From a virus (taxonomy: Duplodnaviria; Caudoviricetes), in the IMG/VR virus record IMGVR_UViG_3300047157_000041, positions 2,184 through 66,183 of that record: a stretch of DNA of 64,000 nt; one strand, written 5' to 3'. A program made the translations under genes and the position numbers. The notes under the pieces are model-generated. The model was given only the letters and a program-made list of their open reading frames with translations. It searched no databases and was not told the origin of the DNA. Positions 10,901 to 21,100 of this stretch are shown in pieces. The stretch's first letter is position 1. Every line of letters starts with the position of its first letter.

Positions 10901-13738
10901 ATAAAGCCAATTGAAGGAACAGGCGGGTTACAATGGGATCCAGTAGTTAATGGTGGCTTGACAAGCTACACTTGTTCTAATAACAGCAACTATGTTGGTA
11001 TGGAGTTTTTAACTTTAAACCCAGAAGACAAAGGTTTCACTTCGGCTAATCCAGCTATATTTGAAACAGAACCAAAAGAAGCAGCTGAACTTGATATATA
11101 TTACGAAGTACCAGGCTCTTATGAAACAGCAACGCAACACGGTGTTGAACATACGTTAGACTTTTTTAACTGTTATTCTTTTGCAAATGGTGTGGAGTCG
11201 GATCGTATAAGAGATGACTTTAATCAACCTGTTATTGAAAACGGGGTTAAAGCTTCAGCTACATTAGACGAACCTTATAATGAAGAGCATAGAGGTAATG
11301 GGTTAATATTTTCTCAAATATACAATTCAACATCTGGTGTTAATGGTTTAAACCAATTTATACAAGCTGAATCTATAACTAAAGATGTTAACCCTGAATA
11401 CGGTAGCATTCAAAAACTCTTCTCTAGAGACACTAACTTAGTCACTCTATGTGAAAATAAGTCCATGAAGATCTTAGCTAATAAGGATGCTTTATTTAAC
11501 GCTGATGGTAGTGCAAACGTTACATCTAATCAAGCGGTGCTAGGGCAAACTATAACTTTTTCTGGTGAATTTGGTATTGCAACTAATCCAGAGTCTTTTG
11601 CAGAGTTTGGTTTTAGAATGTATTATACTGATGCAAATAGAGGCACTGTAATAAGATTGTCTGGAGATGGAATAACCGAGATATCTGATTACGGTATGCA
11701 CGGCTTTTTCTCAGACAACTTAGGATTAAATAATAAAATTATTGGTGGGTGGGATGCTCATAGAAGAAACTATAATGTTTCTCTTTCAACGCTTTCTCCA
11801 TATTGGCAACAAACTTTAGGTGCTGGAGAGTTTGATAGAACAAACCCAGATCCTGCTTGTGGTCAATTTTTAAACACAAAACCTACGACTAGTACAACTA
11901 TATCTTTTAAAGAAGCACCAGTTAACGGCTGGACCTCTAGAAAAACATATATACCAGAGGCTAGTGTATTTTTAAATAGTAAGTATTATACATTTAAAGA
12001 CGGTAGACTGTGGGAGCATAACATTAATACTTCGCACAATACCTTTTATAATATAGGACCTAGTGATGAAACTTTAGGAGATTACTATGAAAGTTCATTT
12101 AATGTTATATTTAATGAAAACCCTGCATCAGTAAAAGGATTTAAAACATTAAATTACAGTGGAACTAATTCTAAAGAATATATTTATAAAGTACTACCAA
12201 GTCAAAAAACTTATTCATTAGCTCAAGTACAAGCACAGCAATTAAATCCAAATGACTTTTCTGCAACAAAAGGTTGGTACACTAATTCTATTGTTACAGA
12301 TTTACAAGAAGGCAAGGTTAAAGAATTTTTAGACAAAGAAGGTAAGTATTTTAATTATATAAAAGGATTAGACACATTTTTTAATACAAATTGCGATAAC
12401 AACGTAGACTCTCATGAATTTAATGTGCAAGGTATTGGACGAGCTAATTCTATTACAGGAGATGTTAACCCTACTAGTTTTATTGTAACAACATCTTTAG
12501 ATGATACTTGCTTCACAGCAACTATACCTCCATTACTTAATAATCAATCTTTTACCGGAATTGAAGATACATTAGGAACATTCCAAATAGCTGATACAAA
12601 TACTTGTGCTACTGGCGTCACATTTAATTTAATAAATGATGCAACAAACAGCGGAACACTTGTTTTACAGAGCAGCGGTTCATTTACTTTTAATCCTAAT
12701 TTAAACTTTTATGGTGATGCTGGATCTTTTACAGTAGAAGTTTGCTGTGCAGGCGTTTGTAGTGCTCCGGCAACTATATCTATAAATATTTTACCTGTGG
12801 CAGAGGATCCTTACTTTACAACAAATCATCCGGCTTTAACAGGATTGGTTGACGGTGATGTTTGGACATATAATCCTATAGGTATTGATGATCCCGACCA
12901 TACACCATCACAATTATTTATAGCTCTACCACAAGCTAATATGCCATCTTGGATGAATCAACCCGCTCCATTAAATGATGGTAGTGGTAATTGGTATATA
13001 CCTCCTAGTACGGTATCTGGCGGTGCAGGAGCTATTGACTTTACAATGACTGTGGTTGATCCCGATGGAAATACAGGTACACAACAAGTAACTGGTGACA
13101 CAATTGAAGCGGCTTTATTAGATCTAGAATTTTTAGTTACAACAAGAGGGGCTCAAATTGCTAGAAGTTACACAGATCCAACAACAGGTCAAGTAACCGC
13201 AATGACAAATACTGTTTCAGCAAATCACGCTTGTAACAGGGGTACTTATAGAATAGTTGGTAATACTACAGATATAGCTAGGGCATATGTAGGTAATAGT
13301 TTAGGTGTTACAGGTTTATATGATACATATACTTTAGATCAAAATGGATTTGCTAACAGCCCAACTGGGGATGTTCAAGGTAGTGCTACAGTTCCTTCAG
13401 CAGTGGCTCAAAACGTTACAAGTACCGAGTTGAATTCGTCAGCGCCTTATCAAAAATATATACTAAGTACAGATTCATTTAGCGTTAGAGATAGATACAA
13501 CTTAATCACTATAGATCAAACAACTGCTAACAATATAGTCGCTAACACGACTGGGCCTAACCCAGAGATTGTTTCTTTTGGTTTAATTGCAGACACGTTT
13601 AATGCAGGTGGGGTATTAAATACGCACGGAGATGGAGTTTATTTACAAGTATTCAAATCAGGTGTTGAAATATATTCACAAAAGCAACCAAATAACAGTG
13701 CAGTAACTATAAATGTATTAACAGGGGAAATACTATAA
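7971..13738 (+). CDS. Tail nozzle/stabilisation protein (P22 gp10 / crAss muzzle-like) with C-terminal Ig/cadherin-like extension; apparent frameshift near 8230
   Basis: The N-terminal GKMNKDFDERLVPNGEYRDALN motif is typical. An alternative frame is open from ~8230 into the 8402-13738 ORF. The protein is beta-rich, with a late GSFTFNPNLNFYG Ig-like repeat. Confidence 0.65.
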
Positions 13739-13740
13739 AT

Positions 13741-15210
13741 ATGGCATCAATAAATATAAACAACTTTTCAGTAACTATAGTAAGTTTTCCAGAGGTAGTA
13801 GGAGTTGATTGGACGCAAGATAATCCGTCTGTTGTGCTTTTAATAACACCAGATCCTGGATATACTGTAACCGCTAGCAATTTTTCAGCTACGGCACCAC
13901 TGCCTAGTTATGTCAGTAGTGTTACTTTTTCGCAGGATGGGGCTAATATAAATTGTGTTGTTAATTATATTTCACCAAGTGTAATGCCAGCAAACGACGT
14001 GCTGATTGATATATGTGCTTCGGGATACGCTGAGCAAACACCTGTAACTTTAGCAGGCACAATAAAAGCTTGTGGCACATCTAATATATCTTTTCCAAAA
14101 GCAGGCCAGTTGCCAGCTAATTATAGTGGGTCAGGTGAATTTGATACAACAGCGACGGTATTAACACAAAGTGTTGTAGCAAGCACAGGATATTATTTTG
14201 AGGTAGAGCCTATATTGGCATTAACAATAGGTAATATAAATAATTACTCTATTACCAAATCTAAAACATATAATAGTAGTAATCAGTTAATAAGCATAGT
14301 ATTTACTGTAACTTATACTTTTCCTGTTAACAACGTTACAGGAGATGAATTCTGTTTAACTGCTAATGCTATTGATATATATAGCCCTCCGGTTGAAATA
14401 CAATCTTGGGTATTTAACACTAGTAATGTTAATGTTGGCGGTGCAACTAGAACGTTTACAATTAACGGTATAACAGGCGCAAATTGGGCTTTAGTATGCA
14501 CAGCAACACCAGGTAACACTAATATAGTTAACACTTCAGGTACAATAGATTCAACAGGGCAAGCTTTGGTTAATGTTATATTTCCACCGACAACTGTAAA
14601 TCAAACATATACTTTTGTTTTAACCGGTAATTTAGCAAGTACTTTTGATACACCAAACGGGCAACCCTCAACAATTGTAGTTAATCAATATATAAATACA
14701 TCTTTATCTTTTGGATTTACAAGCACGAATACTAATGTAACAGTAGGTGCTGCTGATTCTAATACTTTTATTCCGGGCAACGAAACATTTAACCAAGATT
14801 TTACATATACAGTAGCAGCTACATCTACAGCTAATTTTGTTATTTCTAATCCTATAAATGTTCAAAATTGGACAAATCAAGCCTCTGTGTTTCCTAATTA
14901 TGAATTTAATGTAAACTCACAAGCAATAACAATAGATAACGTGCCAGCAACTAAAACATTAACAGCTGTGCTCGATGTCACAATATACGGAACAGGCACG
15001 CCTAGCTTATTAAGTATTTTAGATTTAGATAAACATATACAAGGTGCTTTAGTGCCGGTTCAACTAAGTTTTGATTCAACAGCTAATGGGGCTTGTTGTA
15101 CAGTATCAAGCGGAACTTATTTTGTAGCAAGTGGGCAAACATTTTTAACAGCAACATCAGTACTAGATGCTTCAGGTAACCCTGCGGCTGATGGATTTTA
15201 TAAACAATAA
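13741..15210 (+). CDS. Virion structural protein, T/N/S-rich beta-sandwich (appendage)
   Basis: 489 aa, low charge, in the structural block, ending in a CC...TF.TAT...AADGFY half-module. Confidence 0.5.
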   Translation: MASININNFSVTIVSFPEVVGVDWTQDNPSVVLLITPDPGYTVTASNFSATAPLPSYVSSVTFSQDGANINCVVNYISPSVMPANDVLIDICASGYAEQTPVTLAGTIKACGTSNISFPKAGQLPANYSGSGEFDTTATVLTQSVVASTGYYFEVEPILALTIGNINNYSITKSKTYNSSNQLISIVFTVTYTFPVNNVTGDEFCLTANAIDIYSPPVEIQSWVFNTSNVNVGGATRTFTINGITGANWALVCTATPGNTNIVNTSGTIDSTGQALVNVIFPPTTVNQTYTFVLTGNLASTFDTPNGQPSTIVVNQYINTSLSFGFTSTNTNVTVGAADSNTFIPGNETFNQDFTYTVAATSTANFVISNPINVQNWTNQASVFPNYEFNVNSQAITIDNVPATKTLTAVLDVTIYGTGTPSLLSILDLDKHIQGALVPVQLSFDSTANGACCTVSSGTYFVASGQTFLTATSVLDASGNPAADGFYKQ

Positions 15211-15216
15211 ATAAAC

Positions 15217-15474
15217 ATGGCAAATTACAGACAACAAACAGGAGGAACATTAGGCTCATCACAAACATGCCCGACTTGTTCTACACAATTAATCTTGTGC
15301 TATGCTACAACAGCTAACACTCTATGTTGTGGAACTTCAACCACAGCTACAGTATATGTAGCAGCAGGAGCTACTTTTGCGACTGCAACATTACTTTATT
15401 CTGATGCGGCTTTAACAACTATAGCAGCAGCAGGATATTACAGTAGTGACGCGGGCACTTGCACAACACCTTAA
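15217..15474 (+). CDS. Small Cys-rich virion appendage protein
   Basis: 85 aa with an N-terminal YRQ..GGTL....CPTC and a C-terminal CC...TF.TAT..Y.D...AAGYYS. Confidence 0.5.
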   Translation: MANYRQQTGGTLGSSQTCPTCSTQLILCYATTANTLCCGTSTTATVYVAAGATFATATLLYSDAALTTIAAAGYYSSDAGTCTTP

Positions 15475-15485
15475 TATAAATTAAT

Positions 15486-15824
15486 ATGGCAACATATAGA
15501 CAATTAACAACAGCTTCTGGTGGAACACTAGAGCTTAGCCAGAATTGCCCAACTTGTTCAAACTCTTGGAGAGCGCAGGTTTGTGGCCAAGTACAGAATT
15601 ATTATTTAGACACTACCAGCGGCTACGACGGAAACCAATTGATAGTGCTACAATATAATTATTCAGTAGGAGATGTTGTTTGGGTCAAGCAATCAGCAGG
15701 CGGAGCTATAAGCTGTGCGGAGATAATAGCTATATCCTCAACTCCACCTAATGCTAAAATTGACGAAGCAGGTAATAGCGGCAATGGCCCTTACAGTCAA
15801 TGCTCTAGTTGTAACACACCTTAA
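15486..15824 (+). CDS. Small Cys-rich virion appendage protein, paralogous N-terminus
   Basis: 112 aa. The N-terminus MATYRQLTTASGGTLELSQNCPTCS matches the preceding ORF. Confidence 0.5.
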   Translation: MATYRQLTTASGGTLELSQNCPTCSNSWRAQVCGQVQNYYLDTTSGYDGNQLIVLQYNYSVGDVVWVKQSAGGAISCAEIIAISSTPPNAKIDEAGNSGNGPYSQCSSCNTP

Positions 15825-15829
15825 TACTT

Positions 15830-16168
15830 ATGGCAGCAATAGATTCTATAACATTAACATTTCCCCAACCACTTAACGTTTCTGTTCAAGTGGGAGATAC
15901 AGCATATTATACAAACGATATAAATGGAAAAGATATTGTCTTAATAGGCGAAATAACAGCCATACCTAATGCTAATTCAATAGTTTGTAACATACTAAGC
16001 ACTCAAACAAGACCAACTGTTACTAGTTTTATATTGTTTAGTAAAACAGCAAATGTAAATACAAGCGGATTAAAAGGCTACTATGCTGAAATGCAATTAA
16101 AAAATGATTCATTAGATTATGCAGAATTATTTTTAGTTGGTTCTGAAATATTTGAAAGTAGCAAATAA
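15830..16168 (+). CDS. Hypothetical structural protein
   Basis: 112-aa ORF co-oriented with and tightly packed in the tail block. Confidence 0.5.
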   Translation: MAAIDSITLTFPQPLNVSVQVGDTAYYTNDINGKDIVLIGEITAIPNANSIVCNILSTQTRPTVTSFILFSKTANVNTSGLKGYYAEMQLKNDSLDYAELFLVGSEIFESSK

Positions 16169-16180
16169 TACGTAATAATA
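16169..16180 (+). promoter_or_regulatory. Putative middle/late promoter element TACGTAATAATA
   Basis: Exact 12-mer also at 57199 (+) and 37192 (-). Intergenic, upstream of the ejection-protein genes. Confidence 0.55.
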
Positions 16181-16203
16181 ACCTATAAAACAATTCAATA
16201 CAT

Positions 16204-16869
16204 ATGATACCAATGTTAGGTGCCGTACAGGGTCTCGCGGGAATAGCCGGGGGGATCATAGGAAGCGGTAAAAGAAAACGAGAACAAAGAGAAGCTCAGA
16301 GAGAATTTAATAGAAACAAAGCGCGTTTAGAAGGCTTGGATACATCTAACTTAGCTGTTAACCAAGAAAACACCATGGAAGACTTGACTGTCAACACACA
16401 GCAAGCTGACTTTGTAAATCAACAGCAACAAGCTGGTATGGCTAGTACTATGGATAAGTTATCCGGTGCTGCTGGTGGATCCGGTATTGCTGCATTGGCA
16501 CAATCACTTGCTCAACAGCAAACCGCAAATGCTCAATCAGCATCCGCAAGTATTGGACAGCAAGAAGCTCAAAACCAAATGGCAGAAAGACAAATGGCTG
16601 CACAACTTCAAAGACAAGAGTTACAAGGAGCTTATGATTCAAGAGCTGCTGAAAAAGATAAAACGGAAACTATGCTGGGTATGTCGCAGCAAAGACTCGG
16701 GGCTGCTAATAAGGCTAGGGATGCTGCTACTAAATCAATAATTGGTGGAGTTTCAGGTTTAGCTGGTGCTGCTTTGCCGCAAATACCAGGGCTTGGTGGA
16801 AAAGGTGGAGATTTTCTTCAGAATATGTTTGGCCTTGAGAAAAGTGATCAAGCACCGCAAAAACTTTAA
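16204..16869 (+). CDS. Internal virion/ejection protein
   Basis: 221 aa, A/Q/G-rich, with glycine-rich hydrophobic ends (GLAGIAGGIIG; IIGGVSGLAGAAL) typical of podovirus ejection proteins. Confidence 0.6.
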   Translation: MIPMLGAVQGLAGIAGGIIGSGKRKREQREAQREFNRNKARLEGLDTSNLAVNQENTMEDLTVNTQQADFVNQQQQAGMASTMDKLSGAAGGSGIAALAQSLAQQQTANAQSASASIGQQEAQNQMAERQMAAQLQRQELQGAYDSRAAEKDKTETMLGMSQQRLGAANKARDAATKSIIGGVSGLAGAALPQIPGLGGKGGDFLQNMFGLEKSDQAPQKL

Positions 16870-16878
16870 TAACACATT

Positions 16879-18159
16879 ATGGCAAATAACGCATTAATAC
16901 AAGGAGCCGCTTTAACTGGCAGAAAATTTTTAGATGTTGGAGGTGCCGTAGCGCAGGGACTAGCCACTTCTATGGTAGCTGCTCCTGGAACTGCTCCAGC
17001 AGGGAGGGTAGCTGAAAATAAAGCAATACAAAATAGAGTGAATTCTTATATGAGTAAGATGAAAACTGATATGGATTTCACTAGCTTTAGCCCCTCTGAA
17101 ACAAAAACAATGCGCAACTTTTTAATGAATCAGCGTAACATATATGCAAACGCTGCTAAAAAGGCTGCGGAATTCGAAGACACTACAGATCCGAACTACA
17201 TGCTATACGTAGATCAAATGCAGAACGTTAACAATAGCTTTACAAATTTAGCGTCTCAATTAAAATCTTATAAAGAAGGTAAGCTTGAATATGCTAAAAC
17301 AATGCAAGAAGGTTTGTATTCAGATGGTAATTCACCACAAAGATCTAAAGAAGCATCTATTATATACGGATTTTATGACAGTGATGGTGATGGTAGAAGT
17401 GAAGCTAGATACGACGCGCCTTTTCAAATACAAGATGGAGGTAACATAGCTTTCAATGTAGGTGGCCAGGATATATCGTATAATAGCATGGAAGAACCAT
17501 TCCTTAAAGATACTAAATTTTTAAACGGATTAAATACAACTTCCGAAAATGCTTATAACTCAGGCTTGAGCGGCAAGCCTAATAATCCATACTCACAAGA
17601 CTCTTACAACCAGCAACTAAGCGACGCTTTGCAAAATGAAAATACTTTAAGGTCGATTATATATGATTTTAATGCAGAGGCACCTATGTCCGATATCGGT
17701 AATAGTTTAGATAATGGCAGTATAGATATACCTCAAGCTAGAGAATTAGTTAAGCAAAGACTTATTCAAACAAGAGAAGATGCTTATAAAAAAGGCAAGA
17801 GTATTTATAATGCAAAGAAATTAGAACAAGAAGGAGAGGGAGAGGGAGTAGGCTATTTTGCAATTCCCAAAATTGCTGAAGCTCTTGGTATTATGCAGAA
17901 TAAAATTCTTAATGATACTTATTTTTCGGATGGTGTTGTGGATATTATAAACTTAAAAAGACAGGGAAAGCTTGGAGATTCAGTAACTCAAACTTATTAT
18001 TTTACTAAAAACAATGATGGTAAAATTTTAATAAGCACAAGCAAAGAAGATGTTGGAAATGGTCAAGCTAAGCCAAGGGACACTTTTGATCCAGCTAATG
18101 AAGCAGACGTTAAAAGAGCTAAAGAAGAATTTGGTATTGATATAGTACCTACATTTTAA
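16879..18159 (+). CDS. Internal virion/ejection protein
   Basis: 426 aa, located between the small ejection protein and the giant protein, matching the three-gene ejectosome layout. Confidence 0.5.
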   Translation: MANNALIQGAALTGRKFLDVGGAVAQGLATSMVAAPGTAPAGRVAENKAIQNRVNSYMSKMKTDMDFTSFSPSETKTMRNFLMNQRNIYANAAKKAAEFEDTTDPNYMLYVDQMQNVNNSFTNLASQLKSYKEGKLEYAKTMQEGLYSDGNSPQRSKEASIIYGFYDSDGDGRSEARYDAPFQIQDGGNIAFNVGGQDISYNSMEEPFLKDTKFLNGLNTTSENAYNSGLSGKPNNPYSQDSYNQQLSDALQNENTLRSIIYDFNAEAPMSDIGNSLDNGSIDIPQARELVKQRLIQTREDAYKKGKSIYNAKKLEQEGEGEGVGYFAIPKIAEALGIMQNKILNDTYFSDGVVDIINLKRQGKLGDSVTQTYYFTKNNDGKILISTSKEDVGNGQAKPRDTFDPANEADVKRAKEEFGIDIVPTF

Positions 18160-18170
18160 ATTTAATACAT

Positions 18171-21100
18171 ATGAAAAAATATAAGTACACCGTAAATGGT
18201 AAAGTATCTTACATGAACGTTTCTGACGACAGATTAGAGGAGTTTTTAAAATTATATCCCGATGCTACTGTTGTTGGCAATGAAGTGGATTTTCAAATAG
18301 ATCCTGCAGATGCGGAGACAAGTGCAGGGTCGGAAACAAATACGGTCTCCAATTTGGACAATGGTTTATTGGCATCTCGCGAAATAGCAAGGGACAACAC
18401 AGTTGTTGCAAGAAATAAATTTATCGATCCAATAAAAATTATAAAAGATAGAGAGGCTAAAGAAGCATACGAAAATTACAGAGGCGAAATTAAAACACAA
18501 GCCGATGAGCTGTATAAAGCTAATGCTTCAGAAATGCCAGTTACAGATTGGGGTAGCTTAGATTTTGACAAGCCAGAAGAAATACAAAACTTTAGATCAA
18601 AAACAACTACAGAATTTGTTAAAAATAATCCTATAATACAAAATAAGATTGTACCAAGAGTTGAAAAAACTGTACAACCTCAATTAGAATTGTATATAGC
18701 TAATGCCAAAGAAAAATACGATTTAACAGACCCAAATAATATTACTCAAGAAAACATAGACTTGTTTAATAAAGATGTACAAAGTTATTACGGTGAATTA
18801 ATGAATACCGCTTTGTCAAGTGACTTCCAGTTTAAAAATGTAATGACTGATTTTAATGAAGACTTTCAGTCTAGACTAGGATCAGATCATACTAAATATA
18901 TTAAAGATGTTCACACACCTGAGTGGATGAAATATTTAGAGCTTGGGGGTAAAAAAATAGATGATGCATTGCCAGATGTTATGGGCTTAGGGCAAATTGA
19001 AAATGTATCTAAAATACCTAAGATATTTTATAATTGGGGTAGAAGCTTTAATACATCCGCACAAAAAACAGCATTGGGATTGACTGCAAGGGAGCAAGCA
19101 GAAAGAGATAAGTCTTTGCAAAGAAACAAAGATCTGGCTAATAAATATAATTGGTCTGATGAAACTGTAGGATACGTGGTTGACGATCCAGGCAATGTAG
19201 TTCAGTCTATGAGATTTCGTCCTAAACAAATGAGTTCCATTGGTTATGAAGACGACGGTATTATTGCTAATTGGAATCAAGGCAAGGAAATGACTTGGAA
19301 AGAATTTCAAGAATTATATGCTAATAGAAAAGACGAGAGAGTAGATCAAATGAACACAAGAGCTGTCAAGCTTTTGGAAGATGACATTATAGCAGCGGCT
19401 TATGACGAAGGGGCGTTTGATAAATTATCTCAAGGTATAGAGATTAGTAAAAACGTTGGTGCTTTAGTTACAGAGCAGCTGCCTAATATGGTTGGAGCTG
19501 TATTGACTATGGGTGCCTTACCTGCTATTCAAATTGGTGGCGACGTATATTGGGATCAAATACAAAACAAAGCAAGAGAAGTAAGAGAGGCTAATGCGAA
19601 AGCCCAAGGGTTAATATTAACTGAAGAAGAGCTATATTCTCCGGTATCACCAGAAGAAATGATATCTGTATTAGAAGACGATAATTTTGCAGATTCAGCA
19701 GCAATGAGAGCTGTTAGCGGTGGTTTCATTGGTGGTCAATTGGAAAGAATTGGTGCCGCCAAAGTGTTTAAGCCATTTGCAATAAAAGGAGTAGCTTCTA
19801 TACTAAGAGGTGGAAGTAAAAAAATTATTAAAAACGCATTAGCCACTGGAGGAAATATGTCTAAAGGTGGTTTTAGTGAAGCTTTAACAGAAATAGGTCA
19901 AGATTTAGTACAAAGTGTGGCAAGTGGTAATGAACTGAACACTGAAAATATGTTTGAAGCTGGAGCTACTGGTTTTATAGTTGGTGCTGTTTTACCAGGG
20001 GTTGCTGCAGTAAAATCTCAAAGCGTTGCTGAATTTAAAACCGTAGCTAATGTTATTGCGGGTAAGTTAAACCCTAAAAGCACTGAAGCGTATTTTAATG
20101 GACAGCTAAAACAATTAGACAACTTAATTGTTAACGAAACAGATCCAGCTGTACAAGAAGATTTACAAAACAAAAGAGACGCTTTATTAGAAGTAAGAAA
20201 TGCCAATACAAAAATACCTGGAGATTTTAATAATGAATCTAAAAAACAATCTTTAGATTTATTAATTGAAAAAAATCAATTAGAGAAACAAACAAAAGAT
20301 AAAGACAAAAGTCTAGTAACCGAACAGCTTAATAGAATTGCTGAAATAGATTTGCAATTAAAGAATATTAGCGATACAGATGCTTTAACCAAAAAAGTTT
20401 TAAAAGCAAATAAAAAAGGTGATCTAGGAATTACTATTATTGAAGCTAAAGATGCATCTGATGCAAAAAAAGAAGCTGAAAATAATAAAATGAATCTTGG
20501 TGAGGATGCAAACTCTACGGGATACACTTCGCAAGATGGTAAGACTATAATAATAGATATGTCTAAAGCCGCTGAACTTGGGGAAGTTAACACAGCCGCT
20601 CATGAAATGCTGCATGCTATATTATTTAAAACACTATATACTATAAATGACTCTGGTAACGTTGAAGGTAAAAATGTAGTTCGTGGATTAGCCCAAGCTT
20701 TACAAACAGAACTTAACAGCTTAGATCCTGATATAATAAAAACGCCTGAGCTAGCAGAAAGAATAAGACTTTATCAAAAAGAACCATCTAGTATTAGAGC
20801 AGAAGAGGTTTTAACTTTATTTGCTGACGCATTATATTACGGTGACATAAAATACAATGATGGCATATTTACTAAACTTCAAGATATATTAAGAAGATTA
20901 CTGCAAAATGCGGGTTTAAAAGATATTGAATTTAATAGTGGACAAGACGTATATAACTTTTTAAAAGATTATAATAGAGGCGTTAGTAGAGGTAATTTAG
21001 GTAAGGCTATAAATAAAGCATCGAAAGAAGGCGCTGTTGTTGGTAAAAAAATAAAAAGATTCACTGGACCTGAAGCGGTTCAAAGAGCTAAACAAAATAA

